Program-made: the position numbers and the translations under genes
Shown: positions 18,611 to 26,852 of the stretch, one piece after another
How positions within the stretch are numbered: position 1 is the stretch's first letter
Layout: each line of letters starts with the position of its first letter
DNA from: a virus
Direction: 5' to 3' (one strand)
DNA: 64,000 bases
Virus record (IMG/VR): IMGVR_UViG_3300030419_001484
Span: 9,795 to 73,794 of that record
The notes under the pieces: model-generated
What the model was told of the DNA's origin: nothing
Databases searched by the model: none
What the model saw: the letters and a program-made list of their open reading frames with translations, nothing else

Positions 18611-18810
18611 GGGGGTGAAATAGGATCGACTGACGTTGAATAGAAAAGTGGAGAACTATCGGTTTACCTCGTATCGGTTAAAAAAACTAAACGCAAACGA
18701 TGATTTTGCACCTGTAGATTACGCACTAGCTGCTTAATCGTACTGAGTTCGGTGGGTACTTGGAAACAGAAACCCACCACAGTTTCAGAGTTTCGCTGAC
18801 GGGCGAAAAC

Positions 18811-18995
18811 GTGTCGTGCAAGGAAGAGATTCTCACCAGAGGGTCGAACTTGATTAGTTAGAGGTGGTACTCAGGCATGGTTGCAGAAATGCGTTGTGTC
18901 ACATCAATCTACCGATTGGAACTAGGTTCTGAAAGTATGAAAGAATGGTATCTTGGTCTTTCAGTTGTAGGTGTTAACCTTAGTCCTACCGACAC
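18811..18995 (+). ncRNA. Putative ~185-nt structured ncRNA
   Basis: GTGTCG/CGACAC closing stem; internal GATTCTC/GAGGGTC, GAAA-capped hairpin, CTGAAAG/CTTTCAG, GTAGG/CCTAC; GC-rich and ORF-free. Confidence 0.6.
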
Positions 18996-19117
18996 AAATT
19001 AATGATGCCTATGCGAATAGGTTCGGTTGAAAAAAATCGGTAAGATCATTAAGGGTCACTACTTAATAAGTGCGTGTGGGGTCATGGTTAACCCCACATC
19101 TTATAAATGGAGTTATT

Positions 19118-19330
19118 ATGCAAAATACAAAGACGTTCTCACTTGAGATTGAAAAGATGGCCCAAGAAAAATCCATAACACACATGGATGCAGTTTTAGA
19201 ATATTGTAAGACAAAAGAATTAGAACCAGAGTCAGTTACAAGACTCATATCAAAAAGTCTAAAAGATAAGATAGAAGCAAACGCAAGAGATTTGAACTAT
19301 CTACCCAATCAAGCAAAGTTACCAATATAG
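19118..19330 (+). CDS. gp33: Late promoter transcription coactivator gp33
   Basis: FSLEIEK...MDAVLEYC...LISKSLKDKIEANA; synteny with gp59 and gp32. Confidence 0.85.
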   Translation: MQNTKTFSLEIEKMAQEKSITHMDAVLEYCKTKELEPESVTRLISKSLKDKIEANARDLNYLPNQAKLPI

Positions 19331-19333
19331 TTA

Positions 19334-19924
19334 ATGTCACAATCAATAGATATCTATCTAACCTATTGTGCAATGAAGGCTCACTTTGGAAAAGGTGACT
19401 ATGACTTTGTTAAGTTCAATGGTAAGACAAAGGTATCAAGAGACTCTTTCTGGAAAAGAAAAGACAGAGTATGGTTCGTGATGTTGGGTAGAAAGTATAA
19501 CTCATCTCTCATAGAGAGTGTTGAAGATTATCTACTCGCAAACTTCTTGGTAGACAACAAAGGATATATAGGTAATTTTAATGACCAGAATTATTTTGAT
19601 TGGATGACTAGAATGTCAAGATTAGAAACATTATTTAAAAACGAAGCAACTAAATTATTTGAGGATGGGAGTTTAGACGTATTGAATGTTCCAGACAACT
19701 CTCACCCAAAACTTCTCAAAGAATATCTTGGTAAAAGAATATCACTAGAAACTATGGTGATACTAGATGGTATCTTTGACTACAGTTCAAAGTGGGATAA
19801 GAAAATGAATGATGATATCATGTGGCCTGATGTAAAAAAACTTATAGAAAATTATAAAAAGTTCTTGACATATCCACATGATTCGTGTAAGATGGTAGTA
19901 TTAAATTTAACAAAAATGGAGTAG
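19334..19924 (+). CDS. gp59: Helicase loader gp59
   Basis: YCAMKAHF...YDFVKFNGK...KRKD; ISLET. Confidence 0.85.
   Translation: MSQSIDIYLTYCAMKAHFGKGDYDFVKFNGKTKVSRDSFWKRKDRVWFVMLGRKYNSSLIESVEDYLLANFLVDNKGYIGNFNDQNYFDWMTRMSRLETLFKNEATKLFEDGSLDVLNVPDNSHPKLLKEYLGKRISLETMVILDGIFDYSSKWDKKMNDDIMWPDVKKLIENYKKFLTYPHDSCKMVVLNLTKME
19865..19893 (+). promoter_or_regulatory. Sigma70-type promoter with TGATTCG box
   Basis: TTGACA-N8-TGATTCG-N2-TAAGAT. Confidence 0.7.
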
Positions 19925-19928
19925 TGGT

Positions 19929-20120
19929 ATGGAAATGCCAGACAAATTAGTCATAGAACAACTCAGAGGTCAAATCAAAGGGTTGCAATATGACTGTGCA
20001 GAATTACAAAAGAAAAATGACGAACTTGCAGAAAGATGTAAGAAACTTGCATCTCGTCAACCAACTTGGCCCAAAGGGTATTCACCCAGAAGGTATACAC
20101 CGAAACATAAACATACATGA
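19929..20120 (+). CDS. Hypothetical coiled-coil protein
   Basis: GGAG RBS. Confidence 0.6.
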   Translation: MEMPDKLVIEQLRGQIKGLQYDCAELQKKNDELAERCKKLASRQPTWPKGYSPRRYTPKHKHT

Positions 20121-20911
20121 GAACGATAGTCTACGGAAACGGAAAGTCACGCCTGAAATGGAATGTGAATAATGGTTTGATACCAAACTCTGTTGTCACA
20201 TGGGGTTGTAACAGAATCTTTAATGGTAATGCAAAAATTGACAATCTTGTTTCCGTAGATTATCATGTGCAACATCTGATATACAAATCTGGATATGCAC
20301 ATGAGAATAAATGTTGGTTCAGTGATTGGAATATTCTACCAAGTAATGTTCCCTACATTGATATTACATTTGGTGGACAAAAACCTAATCTACCAATTAC
20401 AGAGAATGACAGAGGTGATAGACAAAACTTGGTAGTCAATGGTAAATTTACGAAACCAAATGAAGGATTATATATAACTTGGGTTGATGATGAGGACATG
20501 GTTGAAAGTATAGATTTTCCTAGAGAATGGAGTTCTGGAACAACTGCTATACACCTTGCGTGTCAGAATGGTGCAACAGAAGTATATCTCATGGGATTTG
20601 ATATTAGTGATGACCCAAGACATAACGTATATGAAAAAGAACAGAGTGAGTATCACTCACAAGTTTCTAACTTCAGTTTAAGACTTGACTGGGCTAGAGA
20701 ATTGAAAGTTGTATTTAATGAATTTAAAGATGTGCAATTTATATGGGCAGAACCAAATAAATCTATGAATAGATTTATGGAGTCATGTAATTCATCTGAT
20801 TTAAATGCACTTATAAATAAGTCAGTGACAGGTCACGATAGACTTATATTTGATAATGATAATTTAACATACGATACATACGAAAACATAAGGAGAAAAA
20901 TATGTCGTTAG
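20117..20911 (+). CDS. Conserved hypothetical protein, Maf/DUF115-like nucleotide-binding fold suspected
   Basis: YGNGKSR, WGCN, SSGTTAIHLA, VYLMGFD. Confidence 0.55.
   Translation: MRTIVYGNGKSRLKWNVNNGLIPNSVVTWGCNRIFNGNAKIDNLVSVDYHVQHLIYKSGYAHENKCWFSDWNILPSNVPYIDITFGGQKPNLPITENDRGDRQNLVVNGKFTKPNEGLYITWVDDEDMVESIDFPREWSSGTTAIHLACQNGATEVYLMGFDISDDPRHNVYEKEQSEYHSQVSNFSLRLDWARELKVVFNEFKDVQFIWAEPNKSMNRFMESCNSSDLNALINKSVTGHDRLIFDNDNLTYDTYENIRRKICR
20812..20819 (+). promoter_or_regulatory. T4-type late promoter upstream of gp32
   Basis: TATAAATA. Confidence 0.55.
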
Positions 20912-21786
20912 ATACGCTAAAGAGAAGTAATTCTCTAGATAAATTACTCAACGCAGTAAAAGAGGACAATGCACCTCAAGAGAAAAAATCATACATTGAT
21001 GAAAGACTATGGAAACCAGAACTGGATAAATCTGGGAATGGTTATGCAGTTATTCGTTTTCTTCCATCACCAGAGGGTGAGGACTTGCCTTGGGCGAAAG
21101 TTTGGAATCATGCATTTCAAGGCCCAACAGGTCAATGGTATATTGAAAACTCACTTACAACAATCGGTCAGAAAGACCCTGTGTCAGAGTACAACTCAAA
21201 GTTGTGGAACTCTGGTGTAGAGTCTGACAAAGAGATTGCAAGGAAACAGAAAAGGAAACTACAATACTTTTCTAACATTCTTGTAGTGAGTGACCCAAAA
21301 CACCCAGAGAACGAAGGTAAAGTATTTCTGTTTAGATACGGAAAGAAAATCTTTGATAAAATGATGGAAGCGATGCAACCAGCATTTGAAGATGAAACAC
21401 CTATCAATCCATTTGATTTTTGGGAAGGTGCAGACTTCAAACTAAAAATCCGAAAGGTAGATGGTTTCTGGAACTATGATAAATCAGAGTTCGCAGCTAC
21501 ATCACCTATCGCAGATGATGAGTCTAAAATTGAAACTATTTGGAAATCACAGTATTCTCTTGCAGAGAAACTTGATGCAAGTAACTTCAAATCTTATGAT
21601 GAGTTATCTACTCGTTTTCATGCAGTGATTTCTGGTACTACCAAAGTTGGTAACGTATCTGAAGAGATGGATGATGAACCGATTGCAACACCAGTTGTTG
21701 ATACTAAACCAGTGGAGTCACCTGTAACCTCAAAAGAGGAAGAGGATGACACTATGGATTATTTTTCAAAACTCGCAAACGGATAA
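20902..21786 (+). CDS. gp32: Single-stranded DNA-binding protein gp32
   Basis: GNGYAVIRFLP, WYIENSLTT, FDFWEGADFKLKI, acidic tail. Confidence 0.95.
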   Translation: MSLDTLKRSNSLDKLLNAVKEDNAPQEKKSYIDERLWKPELDKSGNGYAVIRFLPSPEGEDLPWAKVWNHAFQGPTGQWYIENSLTTIGQKDPVSEYNSKLWNSGVESDKEIARKQKRKLQYFSNILVVSDPKHPENEGKVFLFRYGKKIFDKMMEAMQPAFEDETPINPFDFWEGADFKLKIRKVDGFWNYDKSEFAATSPIADDESKIETIWKSQYSLAEKLDASNFKSYDELSTRFHAVISGTTKVGNVSEEMDDEPIATPVVDTKPVESPVTSKEEEDDTMDYFSKLANG

Positions 21787-21793
21787 TGGTTTC

Positions 21794-21869
21794 GCTGGTG
21801 TAGCTCAATTGGTAGAGCAACTGATTTGTAATCAGTAGGTTGGGAGTTCGAGTCTCTTCACCAGCACCA
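21794..21869 (+). tRNA. tRNA-Thr (anticodon TGT)
   Basis: Cloverleaf GCTGGTG...TTCGAGT...CACCAGC-A-CCA; anticodon loop TTTGTAA. Confidence 0.95.
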
Positions 21870-23789
21870 TTAGTTGTTGGCAGTGTTTGCAACTTCATTT
21901 GCAAATCTATCTTCTAAGTATAATAGATTTGTTTTACTGATTTTGTCACCTTGAACAGTTGTATCCCCACCATTGTAAATATTAACTCCAGAACTCTCTA
22001 CATTTCTTCCACCAAACTTTATGAACGCTGAAAATGCGTTTGCAAACTTTTCTAATATACCACCAGACACATCAACATTGTCTGCTTCTATCTTGACAGT
22101 TGGTTTTGCAATCCCTTTACCACCAAGTTTTTGAATACCAATATCTAGTTCTGGGTCAAATGCACCCATTATGCCTGGTGCAGATGGAGCGCCAGGATAA
22201 TATCGGCTCTTGGATTCAAAAGGATTTCTGCCTGCAAATGAAAATCTATTGAATATAGGAAGATCTAAATCACGCATTTGTGTTCCCAATGCGGCCTTAC
22301 CAGCTCCTAGTGGTGCAACATCTTTTACTGTCATTTGACCACCACTTACTGTTTTTCCAGGCTTTTCTCCAGTTCCATTAAACAATTTGTTTATGTCATA
22401 CCCACCTAAGATCTGTGGTATTAATTTTGGAAATGATTTTACATCCATACCAAGTGCAAATTCAGCAATACCAGCTGCAAGTTTTTTTCCTACTGCTTCA
22501 CCAGCAAAATAACCAATTACTCCACCACCAGCAGATCCAATGAGAGTACTAAGACCAAATGTTGGTACTGCACCTATTGAACCTATTATTCCTCCAAGTA
22601 TTGCCCCTAAAGCACCACCACCAAGACCAGTAAGAATACCAGTTAATTGTTCAAACTTCTCTTGTTTAGTTCCCTCAGAACCAAAGATACTAATCAAATC
22701 TTGTATTGCAAAAAATTGTGCTAAGAGAGGAACTCTTCTAACCACTCCCTTTAAAGTTTTGAGAAATGTACCACCTCTACCAGTAACCAATTTGGTCTGA
22801 CCTTTACTCAACTGCCCCTCTTCTGCAAGTTGTCGTATGAGTTTATCTTGGTCTGGTGCTTTACCAGCAATCAATTTGCCATCTGCACCTACTCTTCTTA
22901 ACTCACCTTTATCACTTAATCTAAATGTTTCACCACTTTTTAATTTAAAATCCTTATCTTTTTTAATACCTATATCTTTTGCAGTCAATTTTGTTTGTGA
23001 TAGACCTTTTCCATACCCACCACCAGCACCAAGTAACAACCTTGCGGCTAAAGTTGAAACTGTCGCAACTGTCGCTGCCAGTGCATTAGTTAAATTAAAT
23101 ACTGCATCTTTCATATTTTGCACTATGTTCTCTGGTTTAAAATCTGCAATCGCATCTATTATATCATCAAATAAATCACTTCTTAAAAACTTAATAACTG
23201 CACCTATAGCAACAAGACCAGCAAGTCTACCAAAAGTAAAGCCAGGAAGAACTTTACCTATACCTTTGTTGATAAAACCAGCAACAGTTGTCAGTGGATT
23301 TATGATAGGTGCAAATGCAAGTTTTAAACTATCTACTTGTGCTTGTCTTAAATCCTTGTTTATCTCTTTTTTCTGAGATGGAGATGCTTCTCGTTTTCTT
23401 AGTTCAAGTTCTTGTATTTGTATTTTATTATTTCGTTTTAGGAACGCAAGATTTTCCTCTGCTTTACCACCATTTGCTTCTATTCTTTTTGCAATCTCTG
23501 CCTGTGCTTCTTTTTGGTCTTTGATGAATTGTGCTTCTTTACTGAGTTTTATTCTATCTTGTCTTCTCTCATCTCGATCTAGTTTAATTTGTATTTTTTG
23601 TGCTTGTAATGATTTCTTTTCAGTACCAGATGCAGTCTTGAGTTGATCTGAAATCTTCTTTAACGTAGCTTGTTCTTTACCAAATCTTATATCTTCTTGT
23701 CTTTCTGATTTAGCGGTTTCTTCATTACGTCTTTCCTCCATGTTCTGGAGAACTTTCATAAAATCTTTTGTGGTTACTCCCTCTGCCAT
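21870..23789 (-). CDS. Tail tape-measure-like / gp29-position protein
   Basis: Coiled-coil N-terminus, Gly-rich hydrophobic segments; position downstream of gp26/gp51. Confidence 0.55.
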   Translation of the reverse strand: MAEGVTTKDFMKVLQNMEERRNEETAKSERQEDIRFGKEQATLKKISDQLKTASGTEKKSLQAQKIQIKLDRDERRQDRIKLSKEAQFIKDQKEAQAEIAKRIEANGGKAEENLAFLKRNNKIQIQELELRKREASPSQKKEINKDLRQAQVDSLKLAFAPIINPLTTVAGFINKGIGKVLPGFTFGRLAGLVAIGAVIKFLRSDLFDDIIDAIADFKPENIVQNMKDAVFNLTNALAATVATVSTLAARLLLGAGGGYGKGLSQTKLTAKDIGIKKDKDFKLKSGETFRLSDKGELRRVGADGKLIAGKAPDQDKLIRQLAEEGQLSKGQTKLVTGRGGTFLKTLKGVVRRVPLLAQFFAIQDLISIFGSEGTKQEKFEQLTGILTGLGGGALGAILGGIIGSIGAVPTFGLSTLIGSAGGGVIGYFAGEAVGKKLAAGIAEFALGMDVKSFPKLIPQILGGYDINKLFNGTGEKPGKTVSGGQMTVKDVAPLGAGKAALGTQMRDLDLPIFNRFSFAGRNPFESKSRYYPGAPSAPGIMGAFDPELDIGIQKLGGKGIAKPTVKIEADNVDVSGGILEKFANAFSAFIKFGGRNVESSGVNIYNGGDTTVQGDKISKTNLLYLEDRFANEVANTANN

Positions 23790-23793
23790 TTAC

Positions 23794-24129
23794 TTACTTC
23801 TTTTTATCTACATATGCGTTTGCACCAAAATAGGCTGCAACTAACGCTGAGATTGCAACAAAATATGTCGGTGCGATATCTCCAATAATCTTTGCAGTTC
23901 CCTCATATCCTAACATTGATGTAACTAAAATTCCTAATGGATATAACAACATACCCATCAATGCAAACCATGTCATTTTTCGCATTGCATCTCTACGGGC
24001 ATCTGCATCTTCAAGTTCTTTTCTTTTAAATTCCAAATTCATCTCCATTTCTTCTTGTGAAATGTGACCATCACCATTTCTGTCAACTTTTCTTGCGACC
24101 TCTGGGTCAACTGTTACTTCAACGGCCAT
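23794..24129 (-). CDS. Two-TM membrane protein with N-terminal EF-hand loop
   Basis: DRNGDGHISQEE; two hydrophobic helices; GAGAGGA RBS. Confidence 0.7.
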   Translation of the reverse strand: MAVEVTVDPEVARKVDRNGDGHISQEEMEMNLEFKRKELEDADARRDAMRKMTWFALMGMLLYPLGILVTSMLGYEGTAKIIGDIAPTYFVAISALVAAYFGANAYVDKKK

Positions 24130-24141
24130 ATTGTGTCCTCT

Positions 24142-24282
24142 CTACTGTTTGTGTTTTGCCTTTTCTTTCTCTAATCTCTCATTCTCTTCTTTAATCCACT
24201 TCATGAGTAAACCCATGTATATTTCTCTTTCCCAAGGCATCATATCCTCTAACTCTGTTAAAGAATATTTATGGTGTTGCAT
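24142..24282 (-). CDS. gp51: Baseplate hub assembly protein gp51-like (frame open to 24345; possibly made by -1 frameshift from gp26)
   Basis: NYYKTNFALMQHHKYSLTELEDMMPWEREIY; not in ORF track. Confidence 0.8.
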   Translation of the reverse strand: MQHHKYSLTELEDMMPWEREIYMGLLMKWIKEENERLEKEKAKHKQ

Positions 24283-24332
24283 CAATGCAAAATTAGTTTT
24301 ATAGTAATTATAAACTGTATCATGAGAAAGAC

Positions 24333-25037
24333 TTATCCTAAAAAACTTTGGAGGCCCTCCAATACAACCTCACTCTTTACTTTTGTCTTTGGATTTGTTA
24401 CTTCAACTGTGTGACTAAGTTTGGGCATGGTATTAAAAAATTGTGTTATACTCTCAAATTGTTCAGTTGTAAGTTGGTCTATAAATTCTTCAATTTCTTT
24501 ATCTGAAATATCAATCCTACTAAAAACGTCATCACCAAAATGTATTTCAGATATACATCTATACATCAGTTTGAATATACCATCACTACTTTCTACATCT
24601 CCAACTCTAGTTACGTCTGACATAGTGGGATATCTTAATATCATTTTTATTTTATCATTTATTTGTATTATGTTATTATGATTATCTTTTACTTGCAGAT
24701 TTATATCATCTAAATTTAATTTTACTGGAACAGTTGTGACCTCATCATCTGGACAGGTGATTTGCATATCAACACTTTCACCAGCAGACTTTGATCTTAT
24801 TTTTAAGAAAAGGTATTCAACGTCAAATGTTGGTAAGTTTTGAATATCAATTTTATTAAAAGTACAAGAGGTCACCAATCTTATTAGTGCATCTGTCGTT
24901 TGTTTTATATCATTACTCTCTTGAGCGATCATAATGATTTTTTGCTCCTTTACTAAGAAAGGTCTGAATTGAATTTCTTGTCCTGTTGATGGGAGTTTTG
25001 TTTGATACGTTGGTGTATCAATTCTGGGTAAAACCAT
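24333..25037 (-). CDS. gp26: Baseplate hub assembly protein gp26-like
   Basis: MVLPRIDTPTY...FRPFLVKEQK...IRSKSAGE...LEGLQSF. Confidence 0.88.
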   Translation of the reverse strand: MVLPRIDTPTYQTKLPSTGQEIQFRPFLVKEQKIIMIAQESNDIKQTTDALIRLVTSCTFNKIDIQNLPTFDVEYLFLKIRSKSAGESVDMQITCPDDEVTTVPVKLNLDDINLQVKDNHNNIIQINDKIKMILRYPTMSDVTRVGDVESSDGIFKLMYRCISEIHFGDDVFSRIDISDKEIEEFIDQLTTEQFESITQFFNTMPKLSHTVEVTNPKTKVKSEVVLEGLQSFLG

Positions 25038-25064
25038 AATTTATCATCCTTTATAATTATAAAA

Positions 25065-25805
25065 TTATCTACCACCTAAAAGTCTACTAACTGATGGTAT
25101 TTGTGAGGCTATTTTTCTCACCGCTTGATCCTTAAATTGTTCAATTATTCTATCACCTAACGCTTGTGGTAGGCTCGCTTCTGTTCCAAGATTTGTCCAA
25201 TATCTATATGAGAATGTTACTGATATCTTCAATTGTTCATTTATCGTTCCATAGTTCAAAACTTGTTGTTCCAAAGTTTTTGGAAAACATTCCCAAATTT
25301 TTACACCATATCTTCTATTGTCTTGTTCATCTAATAAGTATATTTGTATTTCACCTATGTAATCATTATAAAATTGCATCGCCCATGTCTGTGCATTAAA
25401 AGATGCTTTTTGCCAGTTTTCAAAAAACTCTTTTTCTTTCAAGTCAGAACTACACTGAAATGTTGCAGTTATATCTGCAAACGAAAACCCTGTTGCAATC
25501 TCTCTGGTTGGGCCATAAATGTTAGTATCTGGTGTTGTATCTATGTTTCTGCCTGGAAAAGCTATACTCTCACATTTGAGTGATACATCTCTGGAACTTC
25601 CAATACTGGTCAGTAAAGATGTAAATGGATTTGTAGGACTTCCACTAGGTGGAAGTATCACCACTTCATAACGTGATGGTCTTGCAATCCCATCTTTGGT
25701 TCTATATCCTGCTAAAACTTCATTTATGGTTGCAAATGCAATTCCTGATACTGCACTTCCAAATGGATTACCTATCGCACCCTGTATTATACTTCCTAGT
25801 GACAT
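25065..25805 (-). CDS. Baseplate-tail tube initiator gp54-like (tail-tube fold)
   Basis: RPSRYEV, CESIAFPG, VTFSYRYW; synteny. Confidence 0.65.
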   Translation of the reverse strand: MSLGSIIQGAIGNPFGSAVSGIAFATINEVLAGYRTKDGIARPSRYEVVILPPSGSPTNPFTSLLTSIGSSRDVSLKCESIAFPGRNIDTTPDTNIYGPTREIATGFSFADITATFQCSSDLKEKEFFENWQKASFNAQTWAMQFYNDYIGEIQIYLLDEQDNRRYGVKIWECFPKTLEQQVLNYGTINEQLKISVTFSYRYWTNLGTEASLPQALGDRIIEQFKDQAVRKIASQIPSVSRLLGGR

Positions 25806-26362
25806 TATAACATTCTCCTACTATCACTCCATACTGCACTTGCAGTCGCTTTCTTAAATCTTTGCACAGGTAAGAGTGTTGCAATTACAAACTCGTCTGC
25901 ATCTATTCTACGAAAACGTGATCTTACATAACCAGATAGATATTTGTGTATGGTTGGTTTTACTGACTTTAGATTTTTTACATCATTATAACTAACTCGT
26001 AAAAATGTTGACTCATCAAACTTAGTATTATTACTAAAGTCTGTAAGTCTATCTAACAATCTTATTCTCAAAGGTATTGGTAAGTAGTGTAGGTTGATAC
26101 CCAGAAAACCATCTGAGTATGACTCTATTGGTAGTACTAGAGGAAAGGTATCATAGTATGGTAACTTCCTTGCAAACTTGGGTGCATAGACAAACATATT
26201 CAACACACCATCAAAGGGTGACTTTGCTTGTTTACCATCACGAATAAGGTCAAGAGCTTTAGGTGTACCAAACTCTTTAATTTTATCTTTGTACCACTCT
26301 GTAGATTTTGGTCTACCTCTTGCAGCTTGTTGTACCTGTTGTATGAAATTCTTGATTGCCAT
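25805..26362 (-). CDS. gp2: DNA end protector gp2
   Basis: LPYYDTFPLV, GINLHYLP; start MAIKN after minus-strand TATAAATA at 26368-26375. Confidence 0.85.
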   Translation of the reverse strand: MAIKNFIQQVQQAARGRPKSTEWYKDKIKEFGTPKALDLIRDGKQAKSPFDGVLNMFVYAPKFARKLPYYDTFPLVLPIESYSDGFLGINLHYLPIPLRIRLLDRLTDFSNNTKFDESTFLRVSYNDVKNLKSVKPTIHKYLSGYVRSRFRRIDADEFVIATLLPVQRFKKATASAVWSDSRRML

Positions 26363-26366
26363 GTAA

Positions 26367-26813
26367 TTATTTATACTTTGGAAACAGATGGTCTTCTGTA
26401 AAAATCTTAAACTCCATACCATGATCTTTACAGAACTCTTCTGCTGATTTCCACTTTGCTTGATTGACTGCATAGGTAAACACCTCGTTCAACCATTTTT
26501 TAGTTCTGCGTTTTGGGTTCTTAACAGGTTCTTTACATTGTGCTTTGGGTTTGACTTCAATGATAAACTTTTTGTGTGTACCATCTGTCTGTTTAACTTT
26601 CATATAGAAATCTGGAAAGTATCTATGTATTCTATTATCTTTTGGTGAACGATATGGTATGATAATTTCTTCACTTCCCCACTCAACTACAGATTTGTTC
26701 TTATCACAATAGACCATAAGTTTTCGTTCCCAGAGTGAACGATATACTACTTGAGATGGGTCACCCCTATATTTCTTGGGGTTCATTGGATTATACTTAC
26801 CTTTATACGACAT
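26367..26813 (-). CDS. gp4: Head completion nuclease gp4
   Basis: YRSLWERK, WGSEEI, HRYFPDF, IEVKP, NQAKW. Confidence 0.92.
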   Translation of the reverse strand: MSYKGKYNPMNPKKYRGDPSQVVYRSLWERKLMVYCDKNKSVVEWGSEEIIIPYRSPKDNRIHRYFPDFYMKVKQTDGTHKKFIIEVKPKAQCKEPVKNPKRRTKKWLNEVFTYAVNQAKWKSAEEFCKDHGMEFKIFTEDHLFPKYK

Positions 26814-26817
26814 TGTG

Positions 26818-26831
26818 TATAAATACTTATA
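26818..26831. promoter_or_regulatory. Divergent late promoters
   Basis: TATAAATA on plus strand and TATAAGTA on minus strand between gp4 and gp48. Confidence 0.65.
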
Positions 26832-26852
26832 AAGATTATAGGAGATGTTATA

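Larger units (their letters stand above)
18252..18778 (+). ncRNA. ssrA: Circularly permuted two-piece tmRNA (acceptor piece ~18252-18316, coding piece 18611-~18778, tag ANDDFAPVDYALAA)
   Basis: T-arm TTGGG/CCCAA; CACCTCC-A-CCA pairs with GGGGGTG at 18611 giving G3.U70; D-loop AAATAGGATCGAC; inter-piece helices ATAGTTC/GAACTAT and TTGATACG/CGTATCGG; tag frame 18693-18737. Confidence 0.93.

Noticed and set aside
18811-18995. Assignment of the ncRNA as RNase P RNA, 6S or manA
   Set aside because: Diagnostic conserved sequences could not be matched by eye; left unassigned pending a covariance-model search.
22540-23524. Plus-strand ORFs of 71-179 aa opposite the tape-measure-like gene, and similar antisense ORFs within gp5, gp6, gp7 and the DUF4815 gene
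   Set aside because: Antisense shadows of biased codon usage with no RBS or motifs.
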